From Antedon mediterranea (lineage: Eukaryota > Animalia > Echinodermata): a stretch of DNA of 64,000 bases. Both the position numbers and the translations under genes were made by a program. The notes under the pieces were generated by a model, which saw only the letters and a list, made by a program, of their open reading frames with translations, was not told the origin of the DNA and did no database searches. The stretch lies in NCBI RefSeq assembly GCF_964355755.1, contig NC_092671.1, positions 15,686,001 through 15,750,000 of the forward strand. Reading direction: 5' to 3'. Shown here piece by piece: positions 36,330 to 48,700 of the stretch (positions are counted from its first letter, which is position 1; every line of letters begins with the position of its first letter).

Positions 36330-37457
36330 GCGTTGTTCATGATTTTATTTATTATTAGTGCAATACCGTAACATTTTTCAATTATGCAAATTCTTTCGAT
36401 AGGTTTTATTCATTCGAATTTTAACACAAATGCATGCATATTTTATTTTCTAACCTTTCTAACATATAACTGTTAGTATTAATATATTAAAAGGTATGCT
36501 TAATGAGATATATTAAAACACAGTTTACATTGGGCCTCATTTTAGTGGAATTGCATAACGGTACAACAAATCTATATATTGTCGACAAAGGTAAGTAATT
36601 TTTTAAAAATTCATATCTATATTTAGATAACTTTAGTCCATTTTTTTTAAAGCTACACATTTATTCATAATTACATTTACAATATTTATAGTATCAGTTT
36701 GGTAACCATTTAAATGCATTTAAATGTACGGTGCATTCATGCCATTGCCAGAAAACATTAAAAAAATGATGTACAAAAAAACAAAAACAACATGGGTCGC
36801 CCACGACCGTTTAGCACCTCCCTGTGGGGAAAAGCGGGAAATTCACATAAAGCGCGACCACAATCTAAGTGACCACCACAGGTTAGGCATAAAAGGACAC
36901 GAGACTGTTTGTTCCCCGGAGGCACTATACCGATTATGAGCGACTCAGTAGGCCTATAATATGCATAATATTTATGTTTATTTCCCCACCCTACCTTTTT
37001 TTAGTATGTACTCAATATCATTTCTTTAGTTTCTTTTTTTAACAGAGTATTAGGATTTTAATTTATTGGTTTTATAGAGCGCGTTTCAAATATTTGGTCC
37101 GTTAATGAATATGGATCTATGACTTTATTGCAAGTCTGGAGAATGGTATGCACATTTTCGTTGAAATTCTAAGGGTTTTTTGCGCGTTCACTTTTTTTTA
37201 CTTTGATCAAGATTTGACACAATTAGAGAGGTAATTTTCGAAGATGATATTGAGTCATGAAATATATTGCCTGTAACTTGTTTTTAACGGTTCGAGATAA
37301 ACTGTTTTTATACAGTAGGCCTACAGACAATTCCGTTTGTATACTTATGTCTTATATTCACATTTCTTAGATTTCTCTCTGCGATGTTTCGATTGTCAAC
37401 TATTCTAATATTCATGTTTTGTATGAAAGCGTCGAATTTTCTGGCGCAGCAGGTAAG
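36330..37457 (+). pseudogene. 5' fragment (upstream region, non-coding exon, signal-peptide exon) paralogous to the gene at 43222
   Basis: 36330-36597 resembles 42850-43063. Exon 37371-37452 (ATG 37384, MFRLSTILIFMF...) aligns to 43207-43285 with a 1-nt loss. No downstream Cys exons found. Confidence 0.7.
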
Positions 37458-37579
37458 AATATCGTAATTTCTTTAAAAATGCTGTGTTTACAAGTATTAA
37501 AGAGTTTTCAACTTTTTATATTCTGCCAATTAGTGACAATTTTCAAAAATGTCAAGATAAGTTACAAATTACAATTACA

Positions 37580-38872
37580 GATTATTTTTTCCTCCATGGT
37601 CTGACTGAAGGTCATCATCATCAAAGACTATGATGGCAGAGCAATATTTTTTACAGATCGCATAAGTCTCTACACTATTCCATGGAATGCTGTGCATTAG
37701 AGCACTACCATCTAGAATGTAGAATGTGTTAGACTATTCATTGTTTCCATATGGCATCATGTTGGTTTATTAGCTGAAAGTATTGTAAGTTGGTTGTTTC
37801 AAAAAGTGCTGGTGGATAACAAAGTTCATGTTCAAAAACTTCCTTGTTGTCACCTCGAGTTTCCTCTGGAACTGTAGGATCGATGCACACATATTTGCCT
37901 CTATGTACTTTATTGCCAGGATCTTGAATACATTGCAAGACTTTCCGTCCAAAATAGTCAATGCTTAATACCACATTGCCAATATTCCGAGTCACCTGCA
38001 GTAACTCCCGTGTCAATGGTATGAAGTCTCTGAGTCGTAACCAAATGGATTTTTTAATTGCTATTGTGTTCCTGACGTGTGACCATACGTTCTTATGTTG
38101 GCCGCTGCTGGAGTAACGCCCTGATACTATTGCGAGGCATTACATTCAGCGCAGATTTGGTCTGGATGTACTCATTCCTAAATCTCTTGTTTTCTTTGAG
38201 GCTTCTCATAGAAACCTTTTCAATCACCAGGTCTGTTGACAATCCAGCCCAGATGGTCCGAACGTCATACAACATGGAGGTCATTGTCAAACTGCTGTTG
38301 AACATCTTTGTATTTCTACTGGTTAAAAAATAGTTAAAATACTTACACATCCCAATATAAATACTGTAACCATGGCAACACAAATGCCATCTGGAAAAAA
38401 TGGAATGTAGATCATCCAGAAGCAACAGGAACAGGAACTCATCTGCATCTTTAGCTGGTCATGTGTATCGCTTTGGACTGAAATGTTCACCCCAGGGTAT
38501 TGTTGTTTACAGCGAAAACCACATTTTTAGCCAAAATTGACACATTATGTTGCGTTTTCCGAAAAAAATGACATGCTAAATAAAATGTTATGACTATAAG
38601 TTTGATATCACTGAATAGGAAATTTAATAAGCTTTCGGATGAAATAAATCACACTTGTATATAATGTATTTCAAATGGTTAAATATATGTAATTAATGGG
38701 GCATATTAATTTTGACTTCAAATAACCTTTATTGACCTCTGACCCCTTGACCCAATGCTTGGATTTTCGGTGACTTTTAGTATGTCGTTCTACACTTTAT
38801 ATGGAATTCAAATATACTTGCTTTGTTACTATTGCAATTTGTGGTGGGTATATCATTAGATTGACTGGACTA
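37580..38872 (-). mobile_element. Degenerate DNA transposon fragment, Academ-like (tentative)
   Basis: Broken minus-strand frames WAGLSTDLVIE..MRSLK, FEHELCYPPALFE, LDG.AL...IPW and IIVFD; terminus reads TAGTCCAGTCAA. Confidence 0.5.
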
Positions 38873-39005
38873 TATACCCAGGGAAGAGTGATATACCTAT
38901 GAGTGTGATTTTTTAGGGTTAATTAGCTGCTTGTAGGCTATTTTTTTATATTTCATTTCATTTTAATACAAACAATATTTTTCAATTCCAAATTTAAAAC
39001 ATTAA

Positions 39006-41600
39006 AGATGTATTGTCCCCCTGAAAACATTTTTTTTTTAATATTTTTGTTGAATAGGCCATTTTAATTGCACATAAAAGTTATTCACTTTGAACTGAAA
39101 TTGGATCGAAAAAAAAAATGTTTTACTCGAGAAAATCGTAATTTAAAGCAAAAATTAACCAACCGGAAGCTATTTGTCTGGAAGACAAACGTGTTCCGGT
39201 TTAATTTAACCCTTGACCTGAGTTAGCTCATAAATATTCATATTGTATGGATACATCTTGTGGATGATGGTTCTCTCAACAAACAGCCAACAACGCGACG
39301 ATAGCAATGCATAGAGAGAGTCGAGTAGTGACGCGAGACGATCTTGAAGAAAACACGAAAACTATAGCTAGCAGAATACTAAGTAGAACTGCAGTTGGTA
39401 ACTTTGATGTTGAATCTTATTCATTTAGGTGAGTTTTTGTTTCGCTAGCAGGAGAGGCCTAGCTAGGCCTAGGCCCTAGGCCCGAGTTTTCTGCTACTGT
39501 ATACTAGTCTACTACATACTAGTAGGCCTAGTACTAACTAGCACAACCACATGGCAGGCAGTCTCGAGTAGCCTTACTGCTGCCTCCTGTTTCTATAAGT
39601 AGAGGTAGTAGGCCTAGGCTAGGCAGTACACTACTAGCTAGGGCTAGACCACCACCAGGAGGGATGTATTTTTTTTTATAATTTTGTTTGGCATCCTGAT
39701 AAATTGGTTTAATTTGTTAGGATTTCAACTATCTATTCTGCAGAGAAAATTACCAAATAAATCTAAATATTGTTTTGAATGTTTACTGTACAGTATTTTA
39801 AAAATATTTTCTGCATCAAATGCAATAGGTTCAAATCAACATTTGCACAATTAACCATTTTATGCAGATATTTGACACAATTTTCTTCTTTTTTTTCAGG
39901 TATTAACATTGATTGAACAATAAGAGCAAGTGAAGTAGTGAGAAACACAAAATGTATCGGCAACATTCACAATTTATTGAAACATTTCTTACTATTAAAA
40001 TGACACTTTGTAATGGATATGAGCGATCTTAGAAGACTATAGCTGCCGTAATTACTGCCACAATCAACACATTGATATTAGTAGACAAATTGACACAAAA
40101 AACAATACAGGAATTCAATAAGATATACTGTAACTGTATATAGGCCTATATATATTTTTTATTAACTCCTTTTGCAATGTAATATTTACAGTAACATTAT
40201 GAAGTGTAAGTAAAATTGAAGAATTTATTCTGTGTACTGTTGTAGTAGTATTTTTTATTTATTGAATGTTATGTTTACAAAATAATATACTGTACAAATA
40301 TTATTGCTTTATAAAAAAAATTATACAACATTTTACAAGCTGAACAGGAACATATTGGCCGAATGCAGCATCACAAATATTTTTCTTGCAATATCCAATC
40401 ATATACAGAGTCTATCATCAGTTGTCTTTATGAAGTACAAATGTGACCTCTGTTCCAGTCTTTATCAGCTCAACGTCTTTAAATAAAAATGTTTAAATAA
40501 TGATGTATAAATAAGTTAAATATTTCACAAAATCTAAAGTTTTTAATTTCGGCAAAGTACGAAAACCTGGAATTTGGTATTTATAAATAGGTCTAGATCA
40601 TGCACATTTAGTGCAAAATGTGGGCTAGTGAAATTGCTTGCTTTGACAAATAAGTACACTAACTTTCTATGGTAAAACACATTACAACTAAGACTTAATA
40701 AAGAGAAAACAAATATTTGACTTACTACAGTACAGAGTTACATGGTAAAGAACAGTAGTTTGTGTGGTAAAATGGCTAAGCTGGCTTTTCCCCTCTGTCT
40801 ACTTGTACAGTGCTGCTGGAGGAAGGTTCTCAACTTCAGGCTTGTAAGTTGTATTGTAACCATTTTCCCTGAAAAAATGTTTGTTTTATTTTTATCATAA
40901 AAACTAGTTAAACAAGATTCAACTGTAAATTATGTATATGGTACAGCAGGCTGGCTGTATTTTCGGATTGATGGCCTAGCCTAGGCCAGTCTATGAAGAG
41001 TACAATGTATAGGGCCTAGCTGGGCATTTTCTGCAGAGACCCGATTGTCCCAGCAGCCTGCCTCCTCTACTACTACTACTACTACTAGCCTAGGCCTATG
41101 CATGTATTATTCTAGGCCTAGCCCTGAAAAAATCCCAGGCTAAGTTAATTAATTACCTTCCTGTTATTACAAACGTCTGTCTAGTTTGCGTTATATATAT
41201 AATTATTATATTTAAAATAACCGTCTAGGCCTACTTACCGACAAATTAACAGCTTAGCTTTACATACGATCAGGGGAAACCCCCAGTCGAGTCGCGTCGT
41301 CGATCTGTGGGTGTTGTGTACACAACGTGCATCATCCATGTTTGTTAGATCAGATCCCAGCTGTGTCGATGCTCATTAACATATCATGCATATTTATGAG
41401 TTAGCTCTATCGGCCTAAATTTTGAGCTGACAAGTTGGGAAAATTGATTAACTTATTTTGCTTTTTTCTTAGCGAAATTAATAATTTTTTCGGATTTTTT
41501 TTCGGCGAAAGTGAACAACTTTATTATAGCTACAATATGGTCTATTCAAAATTTGATTTAATTGATCTTCATTTTTTATGTTTTGGGGGACAATACAACT
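39006..41600. mobile_element. Non-autonomous Kolobok-like DNA transposon, 2.6 kb
   Basis: TTAA at 39002-39005 and 41601-41604. TIR AG(A/T)TGTATTGTCCCCC, with patchy inverted similarity for about 230 bp. No long ORF. Confidence 0.75.
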
Positions 41601-41906
41601 TTAACAGAAATTTAAAGATTCTATAAAGCTTACATAGACAGTTTTGAACATCACTCGCATTTCCCGGATGTAGGAACTATTACCGTACCGTAGCAAATTG
41701 AGTTGGGATTTCAGGCAGAACTCACTGATTCTAATCTCTGACATATAAATTGTATATAATAAATCTAATAAATAAAGATCAAAACTATATGTGGCTTTTT
41801 TTCTTATATTTCTATTCATAAACTTATTACAAAATACGACTTGAAAACCTGAGTCAACTTAATTGTTTGCACTGTGTACTAGAGAGTCACTCTTGTTTTT
41901 AAAATA

Positions 41907-42685
41907 TTTTTTTAGTCGCGTGGACGCGACTCTATATAATAGTTCACTATGTCGGTCGGTCTGTTTGTCGGTCTGTCTGTCGGTCTGTCGGTCTGTCTGT
42001 CGGTCCGGTATCACTATGCGTGTTATCGCTTTCTGACCTTATCTTGATATCAGTTTAATCTAGCTAAGTCAATTTTTCACAGTATATTCCTTATGGCCAG
42101 GAATCGATGTGGTTATGTTTTCACGGTGCGCAATAAAAAATTACGCGGTCTACGCACGATTTAACGAAATCACGTTTGTAATCATATCTTCACAACCATG
42201 AATCACAATTAAATAAAATTTGGTACTCATAAATTTCAGGGCATAAATCATCATATGGCAATACAATTACGTGCGTAGCGCATGTAACGCATGCGTACGC
42301 GCGCTTAAAATTTTCAAAATTTATTTTCGATGAAATAAGAGTACGTTTCGGGCAATTTTAAGCGTTTACAAAATTGCCATGAGTGCGCAGATTTTTGCGC
42401 GCGCACTGCGCGTTAAATGTTATTACACACTCTTTTTGCCCGATTTCTGTTTTCTTGACTTACTTTTCAACTAGAAATTACGTTATACGAGCACGTCAAA
42501 AGTGACAGGCTACGCACGTGTAAATTAAAAAAATATAAATGTTTTTAAACATTTCAACATTTTTAAACATGTTCAGTAATTTCGGTCAGTATAGTTCACT
42601 ATGTCGGTCTGTCTGTCGGTCTGTCTGTCGGTCCGGTATCACTATGCATTGTATCATACGACTTAATGGCTGTTGGCCTTGTTTT
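41907..42685 (+). mobile_element. Helentron-associated (DINE-1/HINE-like) non-autonomous element
   Basis: T-run insertion site, 5' palindrome AGTCGCGT-gg-ACGCGACT, GTCG/GTCT microsatellite duplicated at 41940-42029 and 42592-42648, short 3' GGC..GCC stem before TTGTTTT. Confidence 0.65.
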
Positions 42686-43221
42686 AAATTACCTCAATCG
42701 AATTAAAGTGGGAAGCGCAAACATCATCGATAAATATTGATTGTCAGCATATGTTGTTTAGAAGAGTCACCTTCTATAAAAAAAGGTTGTTAAACAAAAA
42801 ATAAATGAAAAAAAAAGAATAATTAAATAATAATTAATTAAAGAATAAATGGTATGTAATTTATTTGGCGTTTTATTATTCGAATTCTAAAACAGATGTA
42901 TGTATATTTGTATTGCTAATCTTTCTATTATAACAGTTAGTGTTAATATATTTAAACTTATGCGTGATGAGATAATAAATACCAGTTTACATGGTCCACA
43001 CCTTTTAGTCTACGGAGAGCTTGCGTAACTATACAAATTACCTGTATTAACGACTAAGGTGAGTAAACATTCTATTCAGATCTAATTAACAGTTTACATA
43101 TTTACATTATTCTATGTTTTCAATATTGTTGTATTTGTGATCTATATTGTCATCATTCTTAACTTTTAAAATATTTGTTTTTCTTCACTTAATCCTCTTA
43201 ATATAGACTTCTTTCTCCAAG

Positions 43222-46200
43222 ATGTTTCGATTGTCAGTTATTCTATTTATGTTTTTGTATGTAACCGTCGAGTTGTCTAGCGCAGGTTAGTGAGAGTTAC
43301 AGTTAAATCGTATTCTGGCAATTTAGACATAACCTACCAAAAGCTGAGGTTCGGTCAAGATGATTTACTGATATTATTATACATATATACGTATTTGGCC
43401 TACCTGGTCCAACTACTGAATAAACCGAAGGTTTGGTATAATAATAATAATATTAATTTGTAGTTAAATTGATTAATATTTCACATTTAAAATGTTACCT
43501 TTGTATCGCTAGCCAATCCATGTGATTACGGTGATGTGGAAGATGGAAATGTTAAATGTAGTAAGTCTTTACAATGATTAATCGTGTAGTCATATTTTGT
43601 AACCCATCCGCGGCCGTCGACGCACTACATCAATTTTTCTTTTTCGACCTTGATGGGAGCAAACATTGCTTTTCGCAATCATGTAGGTGCCTAATAAAGT
43701 ATGGACCAGCATTAATCATATCTTTGATTATCTTGATAATAAAAGTTCTGTTATTATGATTTTTATCTATGTTTTTATTCTATTAGTCAATCCATGTGAT
43801 GAAGGGGACAAATGTTTGGAATTTAGTAACACGGAATGTATGTTCATATATAGTATTAGTAGCATTGGATGTCAATCGATTAGGCGACGAAGTGATGGTG
43901 GTAAGTCGTTATAATGGTAATGAATAGGCCTATATAATAATATAGCCACCATCAATAGTCCCCTGTCAATGACAGGAGACACTCTTATATAATATAATAA
44001 TATAGATATTTTTTCGATAGTTCTAGCTTCATTGATGCCGACTTTTTTTTTTCATAGGAGATCCATGTGAGGGCGACCCATGTGGGCAACACCGATGTCT
44101 TTCCGAAGATGGATTTTATATCTGTATTGAGTCACTTGGAAGTAAGTTGTTCATATGTGTAACAACCTCTACTGTTGGGCGTAGGTTTCACTTGAACGAT
44201 CAAATAAACAATCTCAGACAACTTGTAACGCATCAAACACTTTATTCAATTCTCAATGGCGATGGCCATGGCAACTTTCCGATGTGATGAAGATCACGAA
44301 AATGACGCTGATGATGATCAGCTATTGAATAAAGACTGACTTTACTGATGGTGATGATGGTTTCAAGTTTGTATCTCTTCTAGATAGACCTACGCATAGA
44401 ACACATTATCTTTGTGAGCGGACATATTAGACAACTTTTAATTATAGAGGGCGCTAAACTAACAGGTGACCCAGAGCCATATATATAAATATAATTATGG
44501 CTCTGAGGTGACCGTAACATCCCGGCCCCTTAAAGGCGATTAAATCGAACCTTTACTATATATATACATATGTTACGGGTAACGACAAACAATAAAAGGT
44601 AATAAGTCAATAAGTCTCTTATAAAGTTCACATAAGTCAAAATTCAAATATATCACTGGCAAACATCTCACAATGTGCATGTCTAATCATTTCCGTTGAC
44701 TTCTAGAAGTATGATCTTAGTGATTGATCTTACTAGAGTTCCAACCGACGTTTTCAATCTCACAGAACGCACCATTCCATCTGAATCATTCTGGAGCACT
44801 TCTATCACTCGAGCAAGCGGCCACGAGCATCGTGGAACCGATGGGTCATGAACCAAAACACAATGTCGCCATTCGCAACATTCTGCTGTTTCTTACACAT
44901 CTGACGCCTTTGTTATTGGTCTCCCATTCACTATCGTTTCGACTTCACAGAAAAGCGTCTGCAATGTTTCATCGTTGATTGTTTGTTCTTCCATCAGCGA
45001 GCTGAGCACCTTGCGTACCGTGCGAATGCATCTTTCCCAAACCCCGCCTTGATGGGAAGCTGCCGGAGGATTGAATTTCCATTTCACGTGATTCTCCTAG
45101 AGGTACTGGTGTATCTGTCCTTGATTCCAATCATTAATGGCCGACCAAAGCTCCATAACAAAATTTCTTCCATTGTCAGACCGGATATGCTTCGGTACGC
45201 CTCTCCTAACGAAACGTCGATAAGCATTTAAGAATGAGTTTGTGTCCAATGATGATGCGACTTCCAGATGCACTGCTCTGATTGATAAGCAGGTAAAAAT
45301 CACTCCATATCTTTTCAGTACTGATCTAGCATTTTTAACCTTAAATGGTCCAAAGCAATCAATCCCCACAAAGGTAAAAGGCGGGTGGGCTGGTGTAACT
45401 CTCTCAGCTGGCAGATCAGCCATTTTCTGATGTGCTGTCGGAGCATTTCTTCTTCTGCATTGAACGCATTTCCTACTGATCCCTTTGATCATTGTTCGTC
45501 CTCCTACTGGCCAGTAAATTTGCCTCAGCTCAGATAGAACATGATTCACGCCTGAGTGCCCAGTACAGTTGTGGTAGTGTCTTAAGATGAGTATAGTCAG
45601 ATCACTGGACTTTGGTAGTATGATTTGATGTTTCAGATCTTCACTAACATTGGCCATACTCAGTCGACCTCCAACCTTCAATACACCATTTTCTAATTTC
45701 GGGTCCAACTTAATTAGTGGACTAGTTGACTTTATTGTCTTGCCTGTCTCTAAGCTTCTGAATTCCTCAGAATACGAACGCTTCTGGGCACGTCTGATGA
45801 GTACCAGTTCTGCCTCCTTCAGTTCATCTACTGAGAGAGGTTCCACTCACTCAGTGTCTTCCAACTTGAAAACTGTGAAGTTACGTTAGTTTATCCAGAG
45901 TGGTGTTGATTTCTGCCACAACTAACGCTGTTACGGCCTTCACTTCAGGGTCATTCATTCTGAGGGCGAGATCGTCTGACATCTCTGGCCACTAGGAATC
46001 ATTTTGTGTGCGAAAATTTTGAACCGCAATACCACATTTCACTCATCATCATTTCCTCTGCCGTCATCCCACGGGAAGCTAGGTCGGCCGAATTTTCAGC
46101 TGAATTCACGAACCTCCATTGGTCCTTGTTCGTCCTACTTAGGATTGCCGAAACTCGATTTCCCACGTATGTTTTGAACCTGGTTTTGTCGTTGCTCAGA

Positions 46201-48661
46201 TATCTGAGCACACATGTGCTGTCGGTCCAGCACACGGACTGGTCAATTTTAATTTCCTTAAGCTCTTCTCTTATCATTGTGTCCAAGCGTGCTGATAACA
46301 GTGCAGCCTTCAACTCCAGTCTGGGAATTGTTTGAGCTTTAAGAGGAGCCAATCTGGACTTTGCTGCAACAAGGGTGCGGTTTACGTTGCCAGATTCATC
46401 CTTCTGGTAGAGATATGATGCTGCTCCGTAACTTGTGGATGACGCATCTCCTAAGCTATGCAGTTCACGACGTACTACGGTCCCAAACTCTGCAGATTTG
46501 TAGCATCGTTGAATTCGAATAGTCTCCAACTTCTTCAGATCGGATAGCCACTGTTGCCATCTAGTCTTATATTCAATTGAGATTGTTGAATCCCAATCAT
46601 AACCAAGTCGACAGAGCTCCTGCATCAATAACTTTGCCTTGAGGATAAACGGTGATACCAGCCCTAACGGGTCAAATACAGACGAAACAACTGACAGGAT
46701 ACCCCTTCGAGTCGCAGGCTTTGTTGTTGGAGATATGGTATATCCCAAGCTATCTTCACTGACAAACCAGCGAACACCCAAGGCACGTTGCTGGTCTCCA
46801 CCACATAAGGAAACTGAGTTTGGATCTTCCTTATCTCTCAGCGTGCTCACTAGTTTACTCGAGTTTGAAACCCATTTCGTCAGGTTGAAGCCTCCTCTTG
46901 CCAGCAACTGTTTTACTTGAATGGCTATATCAATAGCACATTGTTCGTCGTCTGTCGCATATAGAAGACCGTCAACATAAAAATGCCTATCTGCTATCTG
47001 CGTGATTATTGGATCGTAGTCCTTTCCATGGTCCTTTATCGTTTTCTTCAACGCAAAGTTGGCGCAACTTGGAGATGATCGGACACCAAACAGGTGCACT
47101 AGCATCTGGTATTCCTGTGGGGCCTTCTTCAGATCTCCCATTTCCCACCACAAGTAGCGGAGAAAGTCTGAGTCCTGTTCCTTTACCTTGACCTGGTAAA
47201 ACATTTTCTCAATATCGGCACAAGAGGCAACTGGAGAGCTACGGAATCTCATTAAAACTCCAACTAATGAATTGGTAAGGTCTGGTCCCTGGTTTAACTT
47301 GTCATTTAGGCATACTCCGTGAAACTTGGCAGAGCAGTCAAACACAACCCTTAGCTTTCCCGGTTTCTGCGGGTGTAAAACTGGGTGGTGCGGAAGATAC
47401 CATTTTGGAATTGATCCATCGATGACCTCCGAAACCTTCCTTGTCCACTAACGTTTCCATAAATTCTGTGTACTTTCTGTGGGTGTCTGCAACGTTTCGA
47501 GTCGGCGCTCGGCCAATACACGATTGTTTGGTAATGTTGATGGGGAAGCCTTCCAAGGCATAGCAACATGGTAATGTCCATCATTGTATGTCACAGATTC
47601 CTCCATACTTGTTAATGCCTTCAATTCTTCTAACCGCTTCAAGTCTTCCTGTCTTCTAGCCACAGATCCCATACTACTACGAGAATTGGATGTCTTTGCC
47701 TTCCCTGCCACAGGCTGTACTACTTCCTTCTGCTTCCGACTTTCTATTTTCTGCATAAACAGTTTTTTCACAAAACCAATCATTGTCATGATCTTTCAGG
47801 GCATCTTCGTTAAGTGTGTTGCAATATTGGTCATTAGCCAGGATGATTGCTTCATAAGAAGTAATCCACTTTGTGTATCGTAATCTTGATTCTGTCACTG
47901 GCGGATTCTCATTCATATAGTTTCTCAGCTCCTCCGAACCTTTCTGTAGGTTCTTCCAGGCTATACCAAGAGCTTTATACTTCATTTCGGTAGCATATTC
48001 TTGTCCCTTGATAGTGGACTTGCGTTCTCGTTCATCTGATAACGCCATCGTACTTTAGAATATAAACTTGAAACTGTAACAGCCTCTACTGTTGGGCGTA
48101 GGTTTCACTTGAACGATCAAATAAACAATCTTTAGGTAACTTGTAATGCATCAAACACTTTATTCAATCTCAATGGCAATGGCCATGGCAACTTGCCGAT
48201 GTGGTGAAAATCACGATAATGACGCTGATGATGATCAGCTATTGAATAAAGACTGACTTTACTGATGGTGATGATGGTTTCAAGTTTGTATCTCTTCTAG
48301 ATAGACCTACGCATAGAACACATTATCTTTGTGAGCGGACATATTAGACAACTTTTAATTATAGAGGGCACTAAACTAACAGGTGAGCCGTACCAATATG
48401 ACTGTGATATAGATTTATGCAATCATCACGGACTCGATACTTTTGTTTCATTGATTTTAACCATCCTAAAGTGGAACCCCTCTTTTGAGCACCCCTAATA
48501 AGGAAGAAGGGGACAGTTTATGGTGGTTATATCACAAAACAATAAACGACCAACCACAATTCAGGAAACATTCCTCAATAAGGGAGCAGATTGTTTTATT
48601 CCCGAAGATAAGTCTCCTTAACAGTGGCTCTACTGCATAAAATAGCCTAATAAGCTTTAAA

Positions 48662-48700
<39 letters not shown>

